This document shows, piece after piece, positions 20,449 through 31,487 of a DNA stretch of 64,000 nucleotides. The stretch is from Acidimicrobiales bacterium. GTDB taxonomy: Bacteria > Actinomycetota > Acidimicrobiia > Acidimicrobiales > Bin134. The DNA lies in assembly GCA_965116535.1 (NCBI GenBank), contig OZ220703.1:1153545-1217544 (forward strand), given 5' to 3'. A program made the position numbers and the translations under genes. The notes under the pieces were generated by a model. That model was given only the letters and a program-made list of their open reading frames with translations, made no database searches and was not told the DNA's origin. Within the stretch, counting starts at the first letter, position 1. Every line of letters begins with the position of its first letter.

Positions 20449-20849
20449 GTCACCGCGGCAATCTTGAGGGGGAACAGCTCGGCTACTCGGTGAAAGTCCT
20501 GGTCGGCGGTCAGAATCTCCGATCCAGTTCGCATGGCGATGTTGGCGATCATGCAAACGATGTAGCCCGGAGGGGTGACGCCGTTGGCCCGGCAGACCCG
20601 GCTGATTCGGGCCGCGCCCTCGAAGTCGGCCACGTGATCTACCGAGACCCAGGACACCGAATTCAGCAGGTTGTAGAGCAGTTGGTGGCCTTGGGTGTCT
20701 TTGGCCCCTCCTAGCACTTCCATCATCACCGGCTCGGTGACGGCCACATTGTGACCTCTCTCGGCGATGAGCTCGACCAGCTTTAGGTGAGCAGGGGAGT
20801 CGGTGCCCCGGTCGAACTCCATCCACGCTGAGGTATCGGCGAGGATCAC
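20445..20849 (-). CDS. vapC: PIN-domain toxin VapC
   Basis: 134 aa. ILADTSAWMEF carries the N-terminal acidic residue, and LTADQDFHRV is in the C-terminus. The GTG start overlaps the vapB stop as GTGA. Confidence 0.8.
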   Translation of the reverse strand: MILADTSAWMEFDRGTDSPAHLKLVELIAERGHNVAVTEPVMMEVLGGAKDTQGHQLLYNLLNSVSWVSVDHVADFEGAARISRVCRANGVTPPGYIVCMIANIAMRTGSEILTADQDFHRVAELFPLKIAAVT

Positions 20850-21070
20850 CCGCTTGAGCCGATGTGTTGGAGGCCGGTGTCGGCCGGGATTTCACCGATG
20901 AGCTGCGCCCCTTGCATGGAGAGCATCTCGTTGGTGGACAGGGGTTGGCCGGCGGTGTGGCGAAGGGCGAGATGCACGGCCTCGGTCTTGGTGCGCACCC
21001 CGTAGCGGCGCATCACGATGTCGATGAGGCGGTCGTCGATCTCGATATTGGTACGGGAGCGGTCGTCCAT
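20846..21070 (-). CDS. vapB: VapB-type antitoxin
   Basis: A small ORF directly upstream of and overlapping vapC. RTNIEIDDRLIDIVMRRYGVRTKTEAVHLALR is the DUF2191/VapB-like pattern. ATG 21070 is preferred over the track start 21085. Confidence 0.7.
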   Translation of the reverse strand: MDDRSRTNIEIDDRLIDIVMRRYGVRTKTEAVHLALRHTAGQPLSTNEMLSMQGAQLIGEIPADTGLQHIGSSG

Positions 21071-21081
21071 GACGCCAGAAT

Positions 21082-21111
21082 ACACCTATTAGGTGTGGTG
21101 CATGTATTATA
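21082..21111 (-). promoter_or_regulatory. Putative vapBC promoter and operator
   Basis: Perfect dyad ACACCTA-T-TAGGTGT at 21082-21096, 12 nt upstream of the vapB ATG. A perfect TATAAT on the minus strand lies at 21111-21106. Confidence 0.4.
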
Positions 21112-21123
21112 TATGTATGCGGC

Positions 21124-21600
21124 CTAATAGTCCTGGCCACGGGAGGCGTTGTGATCGCCCCAGCCACCGGGGATGTAGCCGTCCATGGTCACCGACCGCT
21201 CGGTGAACAGCCATCGTCTGTCCACAAGGCCGTAGCGGTCGATATAGCGGCCCCAGTGGTCGAGGCCGTGCTCCATGATCACGTGGTAGTAACAGCGGCC
21301 TCTGGCCTCGGTGTCCGAGAGCAGGTCGATCTGATGGGTGGCGGTGTGGTGGCGGATGTACTTGGGAGTGCCGCCGCCGATCTCGGACAGGGTGTCTTTG
21401 GCGCCGGTGAAAATGGTGCGGATCTCGTCGATGCCGTACTTGTCGGGCTGCGTCGGCGTTCGCATGATGGCGTCGGGGGCGAACAGGTCCATCACTTGGT
21501 CGAAGCGGCCCGAGTCTCCATTTGAGTTGTACCGGGCCACCAGGTCCCGGATCGATTCCCGAGCGATCAATTCCCATTGCTCCATAGGCCGACCGTACAT
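21124..21600 (-). CDS. SnoaL-like / NTF2-fold protein
   Basis: 158 aa. IRDLVARYNSNGDSGRFDQVMDLFAPDAIM is typical of the NTF2-like fold. Confidence 0.6.
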   Translation of the reverse strand: MYGRPMEQWELIARESIRDLVARYNSNGDSGRFDQVMDLFAPDAIMRTPTQPDKYGIDEIRTIFTGAKDTLSEIGGGTPKYIRHHTATHQIDLLSDTEARGRCYYHVIMEHGLDHWGRYIDRYGLVDRRWLFTERSVTMDGYIPGGWGDHNASRGQDY

Positions 21601-21635
21601 CGTCTCGGTGCTTTGGGGGCCGTTAGGGTGCGGGC

Positions 21636-23114
21636 GTGGCGATTGATGACAGAACTCCGGTGCTGGTGGGGGTGGGGACGGCGGCCCAGCGGTTTGACGA
21701 TCCCGCCGACGCCAAAGAGGCAGTGGGCCTGATGGCCGATGCGCTGGCGGCGGCGGCCGATGACGCCGGTGCCAGTGGGCTATTGGGCCGGTTGGATCAG
21801 GTCAGGGTCACCAAGGGCACCTGGGGCTATACCGATCCGGCCCGCTGGGTGGCTGACGCGGCCGGGGCGCCCCAAGCCCGCAGCTTCTTGGCCGATGTCG
21901 GCATCTTGCAGACCGCGGTAATGGGCGATGCGGCCGCGGCCATCGCGTCAGGATCAGCCGATGTGATCGCCGTGGTAGGCGGAGAGGCCAAATACCGGGG
22001 CCTGCGGGCGTCGATCACTGGCGTTGATGCCCCCGACACCGACCAGGGAGGGGCCGAGCCCGACGACTTCGTCACCCCCCACGGCATGATCATCAGCCGA
22101 GCGGAGATCGACACCGGGTTGGTTATGGCCACCCACCACTACGCCATGATCGAGAACGCCCGCCGGTTCGCCGACGGCCAGTCGCTAGAAGAGCACCGCG
22201 ACGAAGTGGCCGGGCTGTGGGCCCGTTTCGCCCAGGTTGCCGCGGCCAACCCCGATGCCTGGTTCCGCGACGGGCTGGACGCCGCGGCCATCGCCACTCC
22301 CGAAAACGGCAATCGGATGCTGGCTTGGCCCTACACCAAGTGGCACAACTCCCAGTGGAACGTGGACCAGGCCGCCGCGCTGATCTTCTGCTCAGCAGGC
22401 ACCGCCCGGGCCTTGGGCATCGCCTCGGATCGGTGGGTGTTCCCGTGGGCCGCGGCCGAGTCCAACCACATGGTGCCGGTGACCGAGCGGCCCGAACTCC
22501 ACCGCAGCCCGGGCTTCGCCCACGCGGGCCGGGCGGTGGCCAATCACACGGGCATGGCCCCCAGCGAGGCCGATCACGTGGATCTGTACTCCTGCTTCCC
22601 CATCGCGGTGCGCACCCAGGCGCTGGAGTTGGGCATCGACTTGGACCGGGACCTGACCGTGACCGGGGGCATGACCTGGGCGGGCGGTCCGCTCAACAAC
22701 TATGTGATCCAAGCCGCGGTGAAGCTGGCTCAAGTGCTGCGGGCCAATCCTGGAACCACCGGCCTGCTCACCTCCATCAGCGGAATGATCACCAAGCAGG
22801 GGGCCAGCTTGTGGTCGGCCCAACCCCCCTCGCAGGCGTTTGCCAACATCGATGTGACCGATGCGGTGGCGTCGGGGCTTCAGCCCAAGCCCTATCGCAC
22901 GGGCGACGGCGAGCAGGCCGAGGTGGTGTCCTACACCGTGATTTGGGGCCGGGAAGGCCCCGAGCGGGCCGTGGCTATCGGCGAATTCGCCGACGGGGCC
23001 CGAACGCTACTCGTCTCCGCCGTTCCCGCCGTCATGGCCGCCGCCGTCGCCGGGGAGTTCTGCGGGCGCTACGTCATCGCCAGAGCCGATGGCTCGTTCA
23101 CGCCCGCCGACTGA
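21636..23114 (+). CDS. Thiolase-like (acetyl-CoA acetyltransferase family) protein
   Basis: 492 aa with a GTG start. Thiolase-like pattern (PVLVGVGTAAQR, VDLYSCFPIAV, GGPLNNY). The last 108 nt overlap the convergent MscS gene. Confidence 0.6.
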   Translation: MAIDDRTPVLVGVGTAAQRFDDPADAKEAVGLMADALAAAADDAGASGLLGRLDQVRVTKGTWGYTDPARWVADAAGAPQARSFLADVGILQTAVMGDAAAAIASGSADVIAVVGGEAKYRGLRASITGVDAPDTDQGGAEPDDFVTPHGMIISRAEIDTGLVMATHHYAMIENARRFADGQSLEEHRDEVAGLWARFAQVAAANPDAWFRDGLDAAAIATPENGNRMLAWPYTKWHNSQWNVDQAAALIFCSAGTARALGIASDRWVFPWAAAESNHMVPVTERPELHRSPGFAHAGRAVANHTGMAPSEADHVDLYSCFPIAVRTQALELGIDLDRDLTVTGGMTWAGGPLNNYVIQAAVKLAQVLRANPGTTGLLTSISGMITKQGASLWSAQPPSQAFANIDVTDAVASGLQPKPYRTGDGEQAEVVSYTVIWGREGPERAVAIGEFADGARTLLVSAVPAVMAAAVAGEFCGRYVIARADGSFTPAD

Positions 23115-24152
23115 GCGCGGCTCGGCGTTGTCGTCGGCATCGTCCTCGTTGCGGATCCACACGGTGCGCTGGGGGAAGGGGATCTCTATGCCCGCCTCGT
23201 CGAAGGCCTTCTTGATTCGGGCCCGCAGTACGCGTCCGACTGCCCACTGCTCGCTGGGGTCGGTCTTGACCACCAGGCGGATGACCACGGCGTCGTTGCC
23301 CAGCTCCTGAACCCCCCACACCGAGGGCTCCTCCAGGATGGTGAGGTCGGGGTCGTTCTCGTGCCACAGCTCGTCGGCCACCGCCTTCATGATCTCGCTG
23401 GCCTCGTCGATGTCGGTGTCGTAGCTGACCCCGATGTCCAGGATGGCCCGAGACCAAAGCTGTGAGTGGTTGGCCGTTCGATGGATTTCTCCATTGGGCA
23501 CGGTCCATACCACGCCGCTCACGTCTCGCAGGGTGGTGGTTCGCAGGCTGACCTTCTCGATGGTGCCGGAGGTATCGCCCACGTCCACCACGTCGCCCAC
23601 GCCGAATTGGTCCTCGATCAGGATGAACATGCCGGCCAGAAAGTCCCTTACTAGCGACTGTGCTCCGAAGCCCACCGCCAAACCGGCGATACCGGCACCG
23701 GCGATCAGCGGGGCCAGGTCGATGTTGAGCTCGCTCAGGCACAACAGCGCGGCCACGGCCATGATGAGCGCGGTGGCCAGGCTCTTCATCACCGCGGCGA
23801 TGGTCTCGATGCGCTGAGAGCTGCGCGCCTGGCGCTCTTGGATCCGATTGATGGCCTTGGCCGCACGGGCGCCGAAGTCCAGTTTGTCGGCGCTCTCCAG
23901 TTGCTCCTCGGTCTCGGTCTGGCTCTGGCGCACCAGTCGGGCCACAGCCCGCTCGATCACCTTGTGGACGACCTTTTTGACGATCCACGCCACCAGCAGA
24001 ATGAGGATGATCCGCAGGGGCCGCTCCACAACCCAGCCGATGATCTCGGCCAGCCGCTCGTTCTCGGTGTTGTCGAAGACCAGCTCGCAGAAGAACCCAG
24101 GATCGGGGCCGCAGGCATCGGTAACGGTTTGCGCGGGTACCCCGAGAGCCAT
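23007..24152 (-). CDS. Mechanosensitive ion channel (MscS family)
   Basis: 381 aa with TM helices and then the MscS core (LVRDFLAGMFILIEDQFGVGDVVDVGDTSGTIEKVSLRTTTLRD). Confidence 0.8.
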   Translation of the reverse strand: MALGVPAQTVTDACGPDPGFFCELVFDNTENERLAEIIGWVVERPLRIILILLVAWIVKKVVHKVIERAVARLVRQSQTETEEQLESADKLDFGARAAKAINRIQERQARSSQRIETIAAVMKSLATALIMAVAALLCLSELNIDLAPLIAGAGIAGLAVGFGAQSLVRDFLAGMFILIEDQFGVGDVVDVGDTSGTIEKVSLRTTTLRDVSGVVWTVPNGEIHRTANHSQLWSRAILDIGVSYDTDIDEASEIMKAVADELWHENDPDLTILEEPSVWGVQELGNDAVVIRLVVKTDPSEQWAVGRVLRARIKKAFDEAGIEIPFPQRTVWIRNEDDADDNAEPRSVGGRERAIGSGDDVAPAELPGDGGGHDGGNGGDE

Positions 24153-24185
24153 CGGCTCAGCGTACCGGCGCGCTCGTGCTTTGGG

Positions 24186-25355
24186 TCAGTCCAGGCGGTA
24201 GACCCGGGCGGCGTTGTCGTGGAGGACCTTGGCCAAGAGCTCGTCGCTCAGACCGCCGAGCGCGCCCTGGGCGTAGTCGCGGGGGTACTGAGCGGGAGTG
24301 GCCGGGCCGGGGTGCTGGCAGGTGGGGTGGGGGTAGTCGGTCTCGTACAGGATGTTGTTGGGGAACCGCTCGATGGCGGCCACGGCGCCGGCCTGTTCGA
24401 ACCAGAAGCAGCCGTAGATCTGGCGCTCGAAATACTCGCTGGGCAACAGGTCGTATTCGGGGTGCTCCAGGTGTACGCCACCGTTGCGCCACTGCCAATC
24501 GAAGGCCTCGAGTGCAGGGGGAATCCAACCCGCCCCGCTCTCCACCGACACCAGTTGCAGGTTGGGGAACCGGTGGCACACCCCGCCGAAGATGAGGTCG
24601 GCGATGCAGCGCATGTTGTCCAAGAAGATGAGCGACGAGATCTTGGCGAAGTTGGTCATCCATCCCATCTCGGCCTCGTCGGCCATGAGGGTGCCCATGT
24701 TGCCGCCGCCCACATGGAAGCTGACAGCTAGCCCGGCCTCTTGGGCCAGCGCCCAGATGGGGTCCCAGTGCTGATGGCCCAGTGGGGGTTGGCCGTAGTC
24801 CTGGGGCTGATTGCAGAAGTTGATAGCCCGGTGCCCCAGCCCGGCGCACCGCTCGATCTCGGCTAACGACAGGTCGATGTCCCAGAACGGCACCGCGGTG
24901 ATGGGGATGAGCCGGTCGGCATCCGCCGCGGTCCAGTCGCAGAGGAAGTCGTTGTAGGCGGCCACGCATTGGGCCACCACCTCCCGATCGCCGAGGCGCA
25001 GAAAGTAGCCGTTGCCGAACCCGCCCACGTTGGGATACAGGATCTGGGCCCAGATGCCCTGGCTGTCCATGAACTCCAGGCGGGCACCGGCGTCGTACAT
25101 GGAGGGGGCGATCTCCTCGTAGGTTTCCGGGATCTTCAGCGGCATGAGCCCGTCGAACCCGGCCATGGAGTAATAGCCGGGAGTGCCCAAGCTCTCCCCG
25201 TTCACCATCCAGGTGTCCCGCCCGTCGACTCGCTCGATGTGGGGCACCTTGTCGTGCAAGCTGGCCGGCATCCGCGCCGTCCACACATCCGGCGGCTCGG
25301 TCAGGTGCGTATCCACGTCGATCACCTTGAACCGCTCAAACAGATCTGTGCTCAT
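24186..25355 (-). CDS. Amidohydrolase-2 (ACMSD-like metal-dependent hydrolase/decarboxylase) family protein
   Basis: 389 aa. VIDVDTHLTEPPDVW and the C-terminal ETDYPH pattern. Confidence 0.72.
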   Translation of the reverse strand: MSTDLFERFKVIDVDTHLTEPPDVWTARMPASLHDKVPHIERVDGRDTWMVNGESLGTPGYYSMAGFDGLMPLKIPETYEEIAPSMYDAGARLEFMDSQGIWAQILYPNVGGFGNGYFLRLGDREVVAQCVAAYNDFLCDWTAADADRLIPITAVPFWDIDLSLAEIERCAGLGHRAINFCNQPQDYGQPPLGHQHWDPIWALAQEAGLAVSFHVGGGNMGTLMADEAEMGWMTNFAKISSLIFLDNMRCIADLIFGGVCHRFPNLQLVSVESGAGWIPPALEAFDWQWRNGGVHLEHPEYDLLPSEYFERQIYGCFWFEQAGAVAAIERFPNNILYETDYPHPTCQHPGPATPAQYPRDYAQGALGGLSDELLAKVLHDNAARVYRLD

Positions 25356-25370
25356 GGAAATTCAGTCTTT

Positions 25371-26507
25371 CTAGGCGTCTAGGGGGTTGTCGGGGGCGGC
25401 GGCGAGGAGGGCTTGGCCCAGTTCGAGGGTGGGGCCGGCACCGGCAAAGTAGTGCTGGGTGCCGGCGTGGATGTCTCGGAAGGCCCGCTGGAGGCCGCCG
25501 GAGCGCAGGGCGTCGGTGCCGGCCAGCAGATAGGCCCGGCGCAGGATGTCGGCCCCCTCTTGGGTGATGTACGCAGTGGCCTGGCGGGTGAGGAGCGCTT
25601 CCATCGGATCGACCACGCCGGTCTCAATCACCGTGTGCTCGGCAGAGGCGAACGTGTCGTGAAGCCAACAGCAGGCCGCACGGAAGCGGGACTCCAGCTC
25701 TCCGATCTCGTGTATGAATCGCTCATTCTGGGCCAAGGGAGCGGCGTCGCCCATGCGGTGCTTGGAGCGTGCCACCGCGAGCAACTCGTCGAGTCCCCGT
25801 CGCACCACTCCGATGGCGAACCCGGCGTGTCCGGCAGCGGTGAGCGGCAGCACCCCCAGCTTGTAGAGGGGGCCGCCCCGGTACACGGTGAGGTCGAACA
25901 TGTCGAAGGTGGCGGTACCAGGCACGTACACGTCATCGAGGGTGTAATCGAAGCTGGCGGTGGCCTGGAGCCCCATCACGTCCCAGTTGCCGGTGATCTG
26001 GGCCTTTTCCACCGGGTAGATGGCGAACAAAAAGCGGGGGTCGGTTCCCTCGGGCTCTTCGGTGAACACTCCAGCACCGGCCCACTGGGCGTGGTTGATG
26101 CCGCTGCCAAAGGAGTAGCGGCCGCTGATCCGGAAACCGTCGCCATCGGGGATGGCGGTGCCGTTGGGGGCGAATTGTCCGGCCGACAGGGGCACCCCAT
26201 CGGCGAACATGCGGTCGATGTGCTCTTCGGGGCACCAGGCTGCGAAGTAGGCCGTGGCCGCCCCGCTGGCCATCAGGCACCAGCCCACAGATCCGTCGGC
26301 CCGGGAGATCTCAGCCCAGATGTCGATGCACTCGTTGATGGGGAGCTCAACCCCGCCCACCGCATCCGGCACCATGACCTTGTGAAGTTCGGCGTCCACC
26401 AAGGCGTTGACTGTCTCCTGGGGGATGGGGAGCCCGTCGGTCTTGGCCGCGTTTTCGTCGATCAGCGATCGCAGCTCCCGAGCTCGGTCAAGGTATTCGC
26501 TGGCCAT
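25371..26507 (-). CDS. Acyl-CoA dehydrogenase-family flavoprotein
   Basis: 378 aa. The three-domain ACAD-like pattern runs from N-terminal DENAAKTD...VMVP to C-terminal RAFRDIHAGTQH. Confidence 0.7.
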   Translation of the reverse strand: MASEYLDRARELRSLIDENAAKTDGLPIPQETVNALVDAELHKVMVPDAVGGVELPINECIDIWAEISRADGSVGWCLMASGAATAYFAAWCPEEHIDRMFADGVPLSAGQFAPNGTAIPDGDGFRISGRYSFGSGINHAQWAGAGVFTEEPEGTDPRFLFAIYPVEKAQITGNWDVMGLQATASFDYTLDDVYVPGTATFDMFDLTVYRGGPLYKLGVLPLTAAGHAGFAIGVVRRGLDELLAVARSKHRMGDAAPLAQNERFIHEIGELESRFRAACCWLHDTFASAEHTVIETGVVDPMEALLTRQATAYITQEGADILRRAYLLAGTDALRSGGLQRAFRDIHAGTQHYFAGAGPTLELGQALLAAAPDNPLDA

Positions 26508-26562
26508 GACTCAAACCCTAGAAGCCAGCACTCACTGAGGGGAACCCGTCGCGAGAGGGGCA

Positions 26563-27480
26563 TTAGACCCCCGCGGTTTGGCGGGCGGGGAGGCCGAGGA
26601 TCTCGACGGCTTGGGCGGCGGTGGCTGCGGGACGGCCCATGTCGGTGGCCAGGGCCGCCACTTCGGCCACCAGCTCGTGGTTGGGCCGGGGTCGGTCGCC
26701 GGCGTAGTCCTCGTGGCCCACTCGAAGGTGGCCGCCCCGCTCCAGGGTGAGCTGGGGAATCGGGGACTCGATGAGGTCGCCGCCTACCACTGCGGCGAAC
26801 CATGGCAGGTCGCAACCGGCCAGCTCCAGCATTTCCAGATAGGCGTCCAGCGCCTTTTGGGTAGGGGGCAGGCCGAAGCTCACGCTGTCGCCTATGGCGA
26901 AATAGCCACCCGGACCGCCGAGGTAGAACTTCACGAACGAACCGGGGGTGAGTTGGCCGTAGCGCCAGTAGGAGAGCACGTTGCGCAGGAAGCCGGGCTC
27001 GAAGATGGCGAAGTGCATGCCCAGGCCCAGCCGATTGCACTGCTCGATGGCCACCTCCATGTCGGCGTAGGTGTTGATGTACACATGGCTGTTGGGATCG
27101 GGCAGGCCGTTGGCCCCGGCCTTGCCCAAGATCATGGTGCCGGGGTCGATGAACCCCAGCCGCTGCAATCCGCCCTCGGCCAGATACTCCAGATGGCCGA
27201 GCTTCTCGGTCATGTCCTGGCCCCATCCCAAGGTAGGCAGCACCAGCACATCAGGGTCGGCGGCCACCCACGGCTCGAAAGTGGCCCGATACTCGGCGGC
27301 GGCCTCTGCGGCCGGCACCCGCATATTGGCGATGTGGCAGTGGATGATGGTGGCCCCCGCTTCAATGCAGGCCAGGCCCTCTTCGATGAGCTCCTCCCGG
27401 CTGAGGGGCACGTGGGGATTGCGCTCTCGAGTGGTGGTGCCGTTGAGGGCGACTTCGATGATGACCGGCGTGGTGTTCAT
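26563..27480 (-). CDS. 3-keto-5-aminohexanoate cleavage enzyme (BKACE/DUF849) family
   Basis: 305 aa. VIIEVALNGTTTRERNPHVPLSREELIEEGLACIEAGATIIHCHI is the characteristic BKACE N-terminus. Confidence 0.72.
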   Translation of the reverse strand: MNTTPVIIEVALNGTTTRERNPHVPLSREELIEEGLACIEAGATIIHCHIANMRVPAAEAAAEYRATFEPWVAADPDVLVLPTLGWGQDMTEKLGHLEYLAEGGLQRLGFIDPGTMILGKAGANGLPDPNSHVYINTYADMEVAIEQCNRLGLGMHFAIFEPGFLRNVLSYWRYGQLTPGSFVKFYLGGPGGYFAIGDSVSFGLPPTQKALDAYLEMLELAGCDLPWFAAVVGGDLIESPIPQLTLERGGHLRVGHEDYAGDRPRPNHELVAEVAALATDMGRPAATAAQAVEILGLPARQTAGV

Positions 27481-27565
27481 GGCCTGAGAGTACCGTCAGG
27501 AGTCGTGGGGGAGTCCAGCAACGCCGACGGGACCGGCGCGGCCATCGGGTAAGGGGCACAGAATC

Positions 27566-28912
27566 GTGAGTCGGGAGTGGAAGGCGTTGTGGTTGGTGTC
27601 GCTGGCCTCGGCAGCCAGCTCTCTGGACGTGACGCTGATGTTCGTGGCCTACCCCGAGATCATCGACACCTTCAGCAACACCCCGGCCACCCAGGTGTCG
27701 TGGGTGATAAGCGGCTACAACATCATGGTGGCGGCCTTGCTCATTCCGGCAGGGCGCCTGGCCGACCGCATCGGCCACCGGCGGGTGTTCCTGTGGGCCA
27801 TCGCCATCTTCGTCACCGGCTCTGCCGCGGTGGGGCTGGCCCCCAATGCGCCGGCCATGATCGCGGCCCGCTGCTACCAGGCCTTTGGCGGCTCCAGCCT
27901 CATCACCTCCGGCTTGGCCCTGGTTATGTCCACCCTCGGCCCCCAGCGGCGGGCCATCGCCGTGGGAGTGTGGTCCACCGTGGCCGGGGTGGTGGCTTCT
28001 CTCGCCCCCACGCTGGGGGCTCTGGCCATCGAGTTCGCCTCGTGGCGGGCAGGGTTCTTCCTGGTTGCGCCAGTGGGAGTGGCGGTGCTGGCCCGCCGGA
28101 GCCTCATCCCTGAATCGACGGCCGATAAGGATGCCGAGCTGCCTGACATGGTTGGGGTGGTGCTGGCCGGGCTCAGCACGGCCGCGCTGGTGTTGGGCAT
28201 CGTGCAATTCAATGAGTGGGGATCGGACGACCCCCGGGTCATCGGGGCATTTGCGGCGGCGGTGGTGGGGATGGCGGCATTTCTGATTCGCTGCGGGCGG
28301 CATCCCTCGCCGGTGATCGACCTTGCCTTGTTCCGCCACCGGGTGTTTGCCTCCACCGCGGTGGTGGCGGTGTTGGTGGGGGTGGCCTTCTTCGGCATCT
28401 TTCTGGCACTGGTGCAGTTCCTCCGGGGGCCGTGGGGGTATTCCACGCTGGCCGCTGGATTGCTGCTAACCCCCCTCACCGCGGCATCCAGCACGGTGGG
28501 CTACGCCACCGGCCGGATCATGGAGCGCTTCGGACACCGGGTGGTGATGGTGCCCGCGGCCGGGTGCATCGCCTTGGGGTGCCTGTGGATAGCGGCATTC
28601 GCCGGTCCGGAGAGGGAATGGGCGGCAGTGTGGTTCCCGGCTGCACTGTTGATGGGTTTCGGGGTGGGCACCGCATTTCCCGGAGTCAATAGCGCCATCG
28701 CCTTTGGCGTGCCCCCTGGCCAATTGGGGCTGGCCGCGGGCACCGTGCAGACCGTGATCCGCATCGGGGGCGCGGTGGGGGTAGCGGCCGGAGTGGCCAT
28801 GCTGGGGGGCGATTTGAGGGACTACGACCTGTTTTTCATCGTGTTGGCCATCGTTTGCGGGGTGGCGGCGGTGGCCTCTTTGGGCATGGTCACCCACAAG
28901 AAAGAAAATTGA
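27566..28912 (+). CDS. MFS transporter (drug:H+ antiporter-like)
   Basis: 448 aa, multi-TM, with the MFS loop motif [12 protein letters not shown] between TM2 and TM3. Confidence 0.8.
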   Translation: MSREWKALWLVSLASAASSLDVTLMFVAYPEIIDTFSNTPATQVSWVISGYNIMVAALLIPAGRLADRIGHRRVFLWAIAIFVTGSAAVGLAPNAPAMIAARCYQAFGGSSLITSGLALVMSTLGPQRRAIAVGVWSTVAGVVASLAPTLGALAIEFASWRAGFFLVAPVGVAVLARRSLIPESTADKDAELPDMVGVVLAGLSTAALVLGIVQFNEWGSDDPRVIGAFAAAVVGMAAFLIRCGRHPSPVIDLALFRHRVFASTAVVAVLVGVAFFGIFLALVQFLRGPWGYSTLAAGLLLTPLTAASSTVGYATGRIMERFGHRVVMVPAAGCIALGCLWIAAFAGPEREWAAVWFPAALLMGFGVGTAFPGVNSAIAFGVPPGQLGLAAGTVQTVIRIGGAVGVAAGVAMLGGDLRDYDLFFIVLAIVCGVAAVASLGMVTHKKEN

Positions 28913-28928
28913 GTGGAATACCCTCAAC
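28908..28928 (+). promoter_or_regulatory. HAIR-like (HspR-associated) inverted repeat upstream of clpB
   Basis: ATTGAGT-ggaatac-CCTCAAC compared with the consensus CTTGAGT-N7-ACTCAAG. Lies 58-78 nt upstream of the clpB ATG. Confidence 0.45.
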
Positions 28929-28985
28929 TTTTGGCGGTTATCCATAGAGGAAACGAAGAACTGCCCGAAAACGAGGTGCACGCTG

Positions 28986-31463
<2,478 letters not shown>

Positions 31464-31487
31464 AAGCGGAAGCCGCCACACCGAGGA

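Noticed and set aside
28935-28950. CCATAGAGG near clpB matching the core of the IS481 terminal repeat
   Set aside because: It is a single 9-mer match with no second end, transposase or duplication. It is most likely chance.
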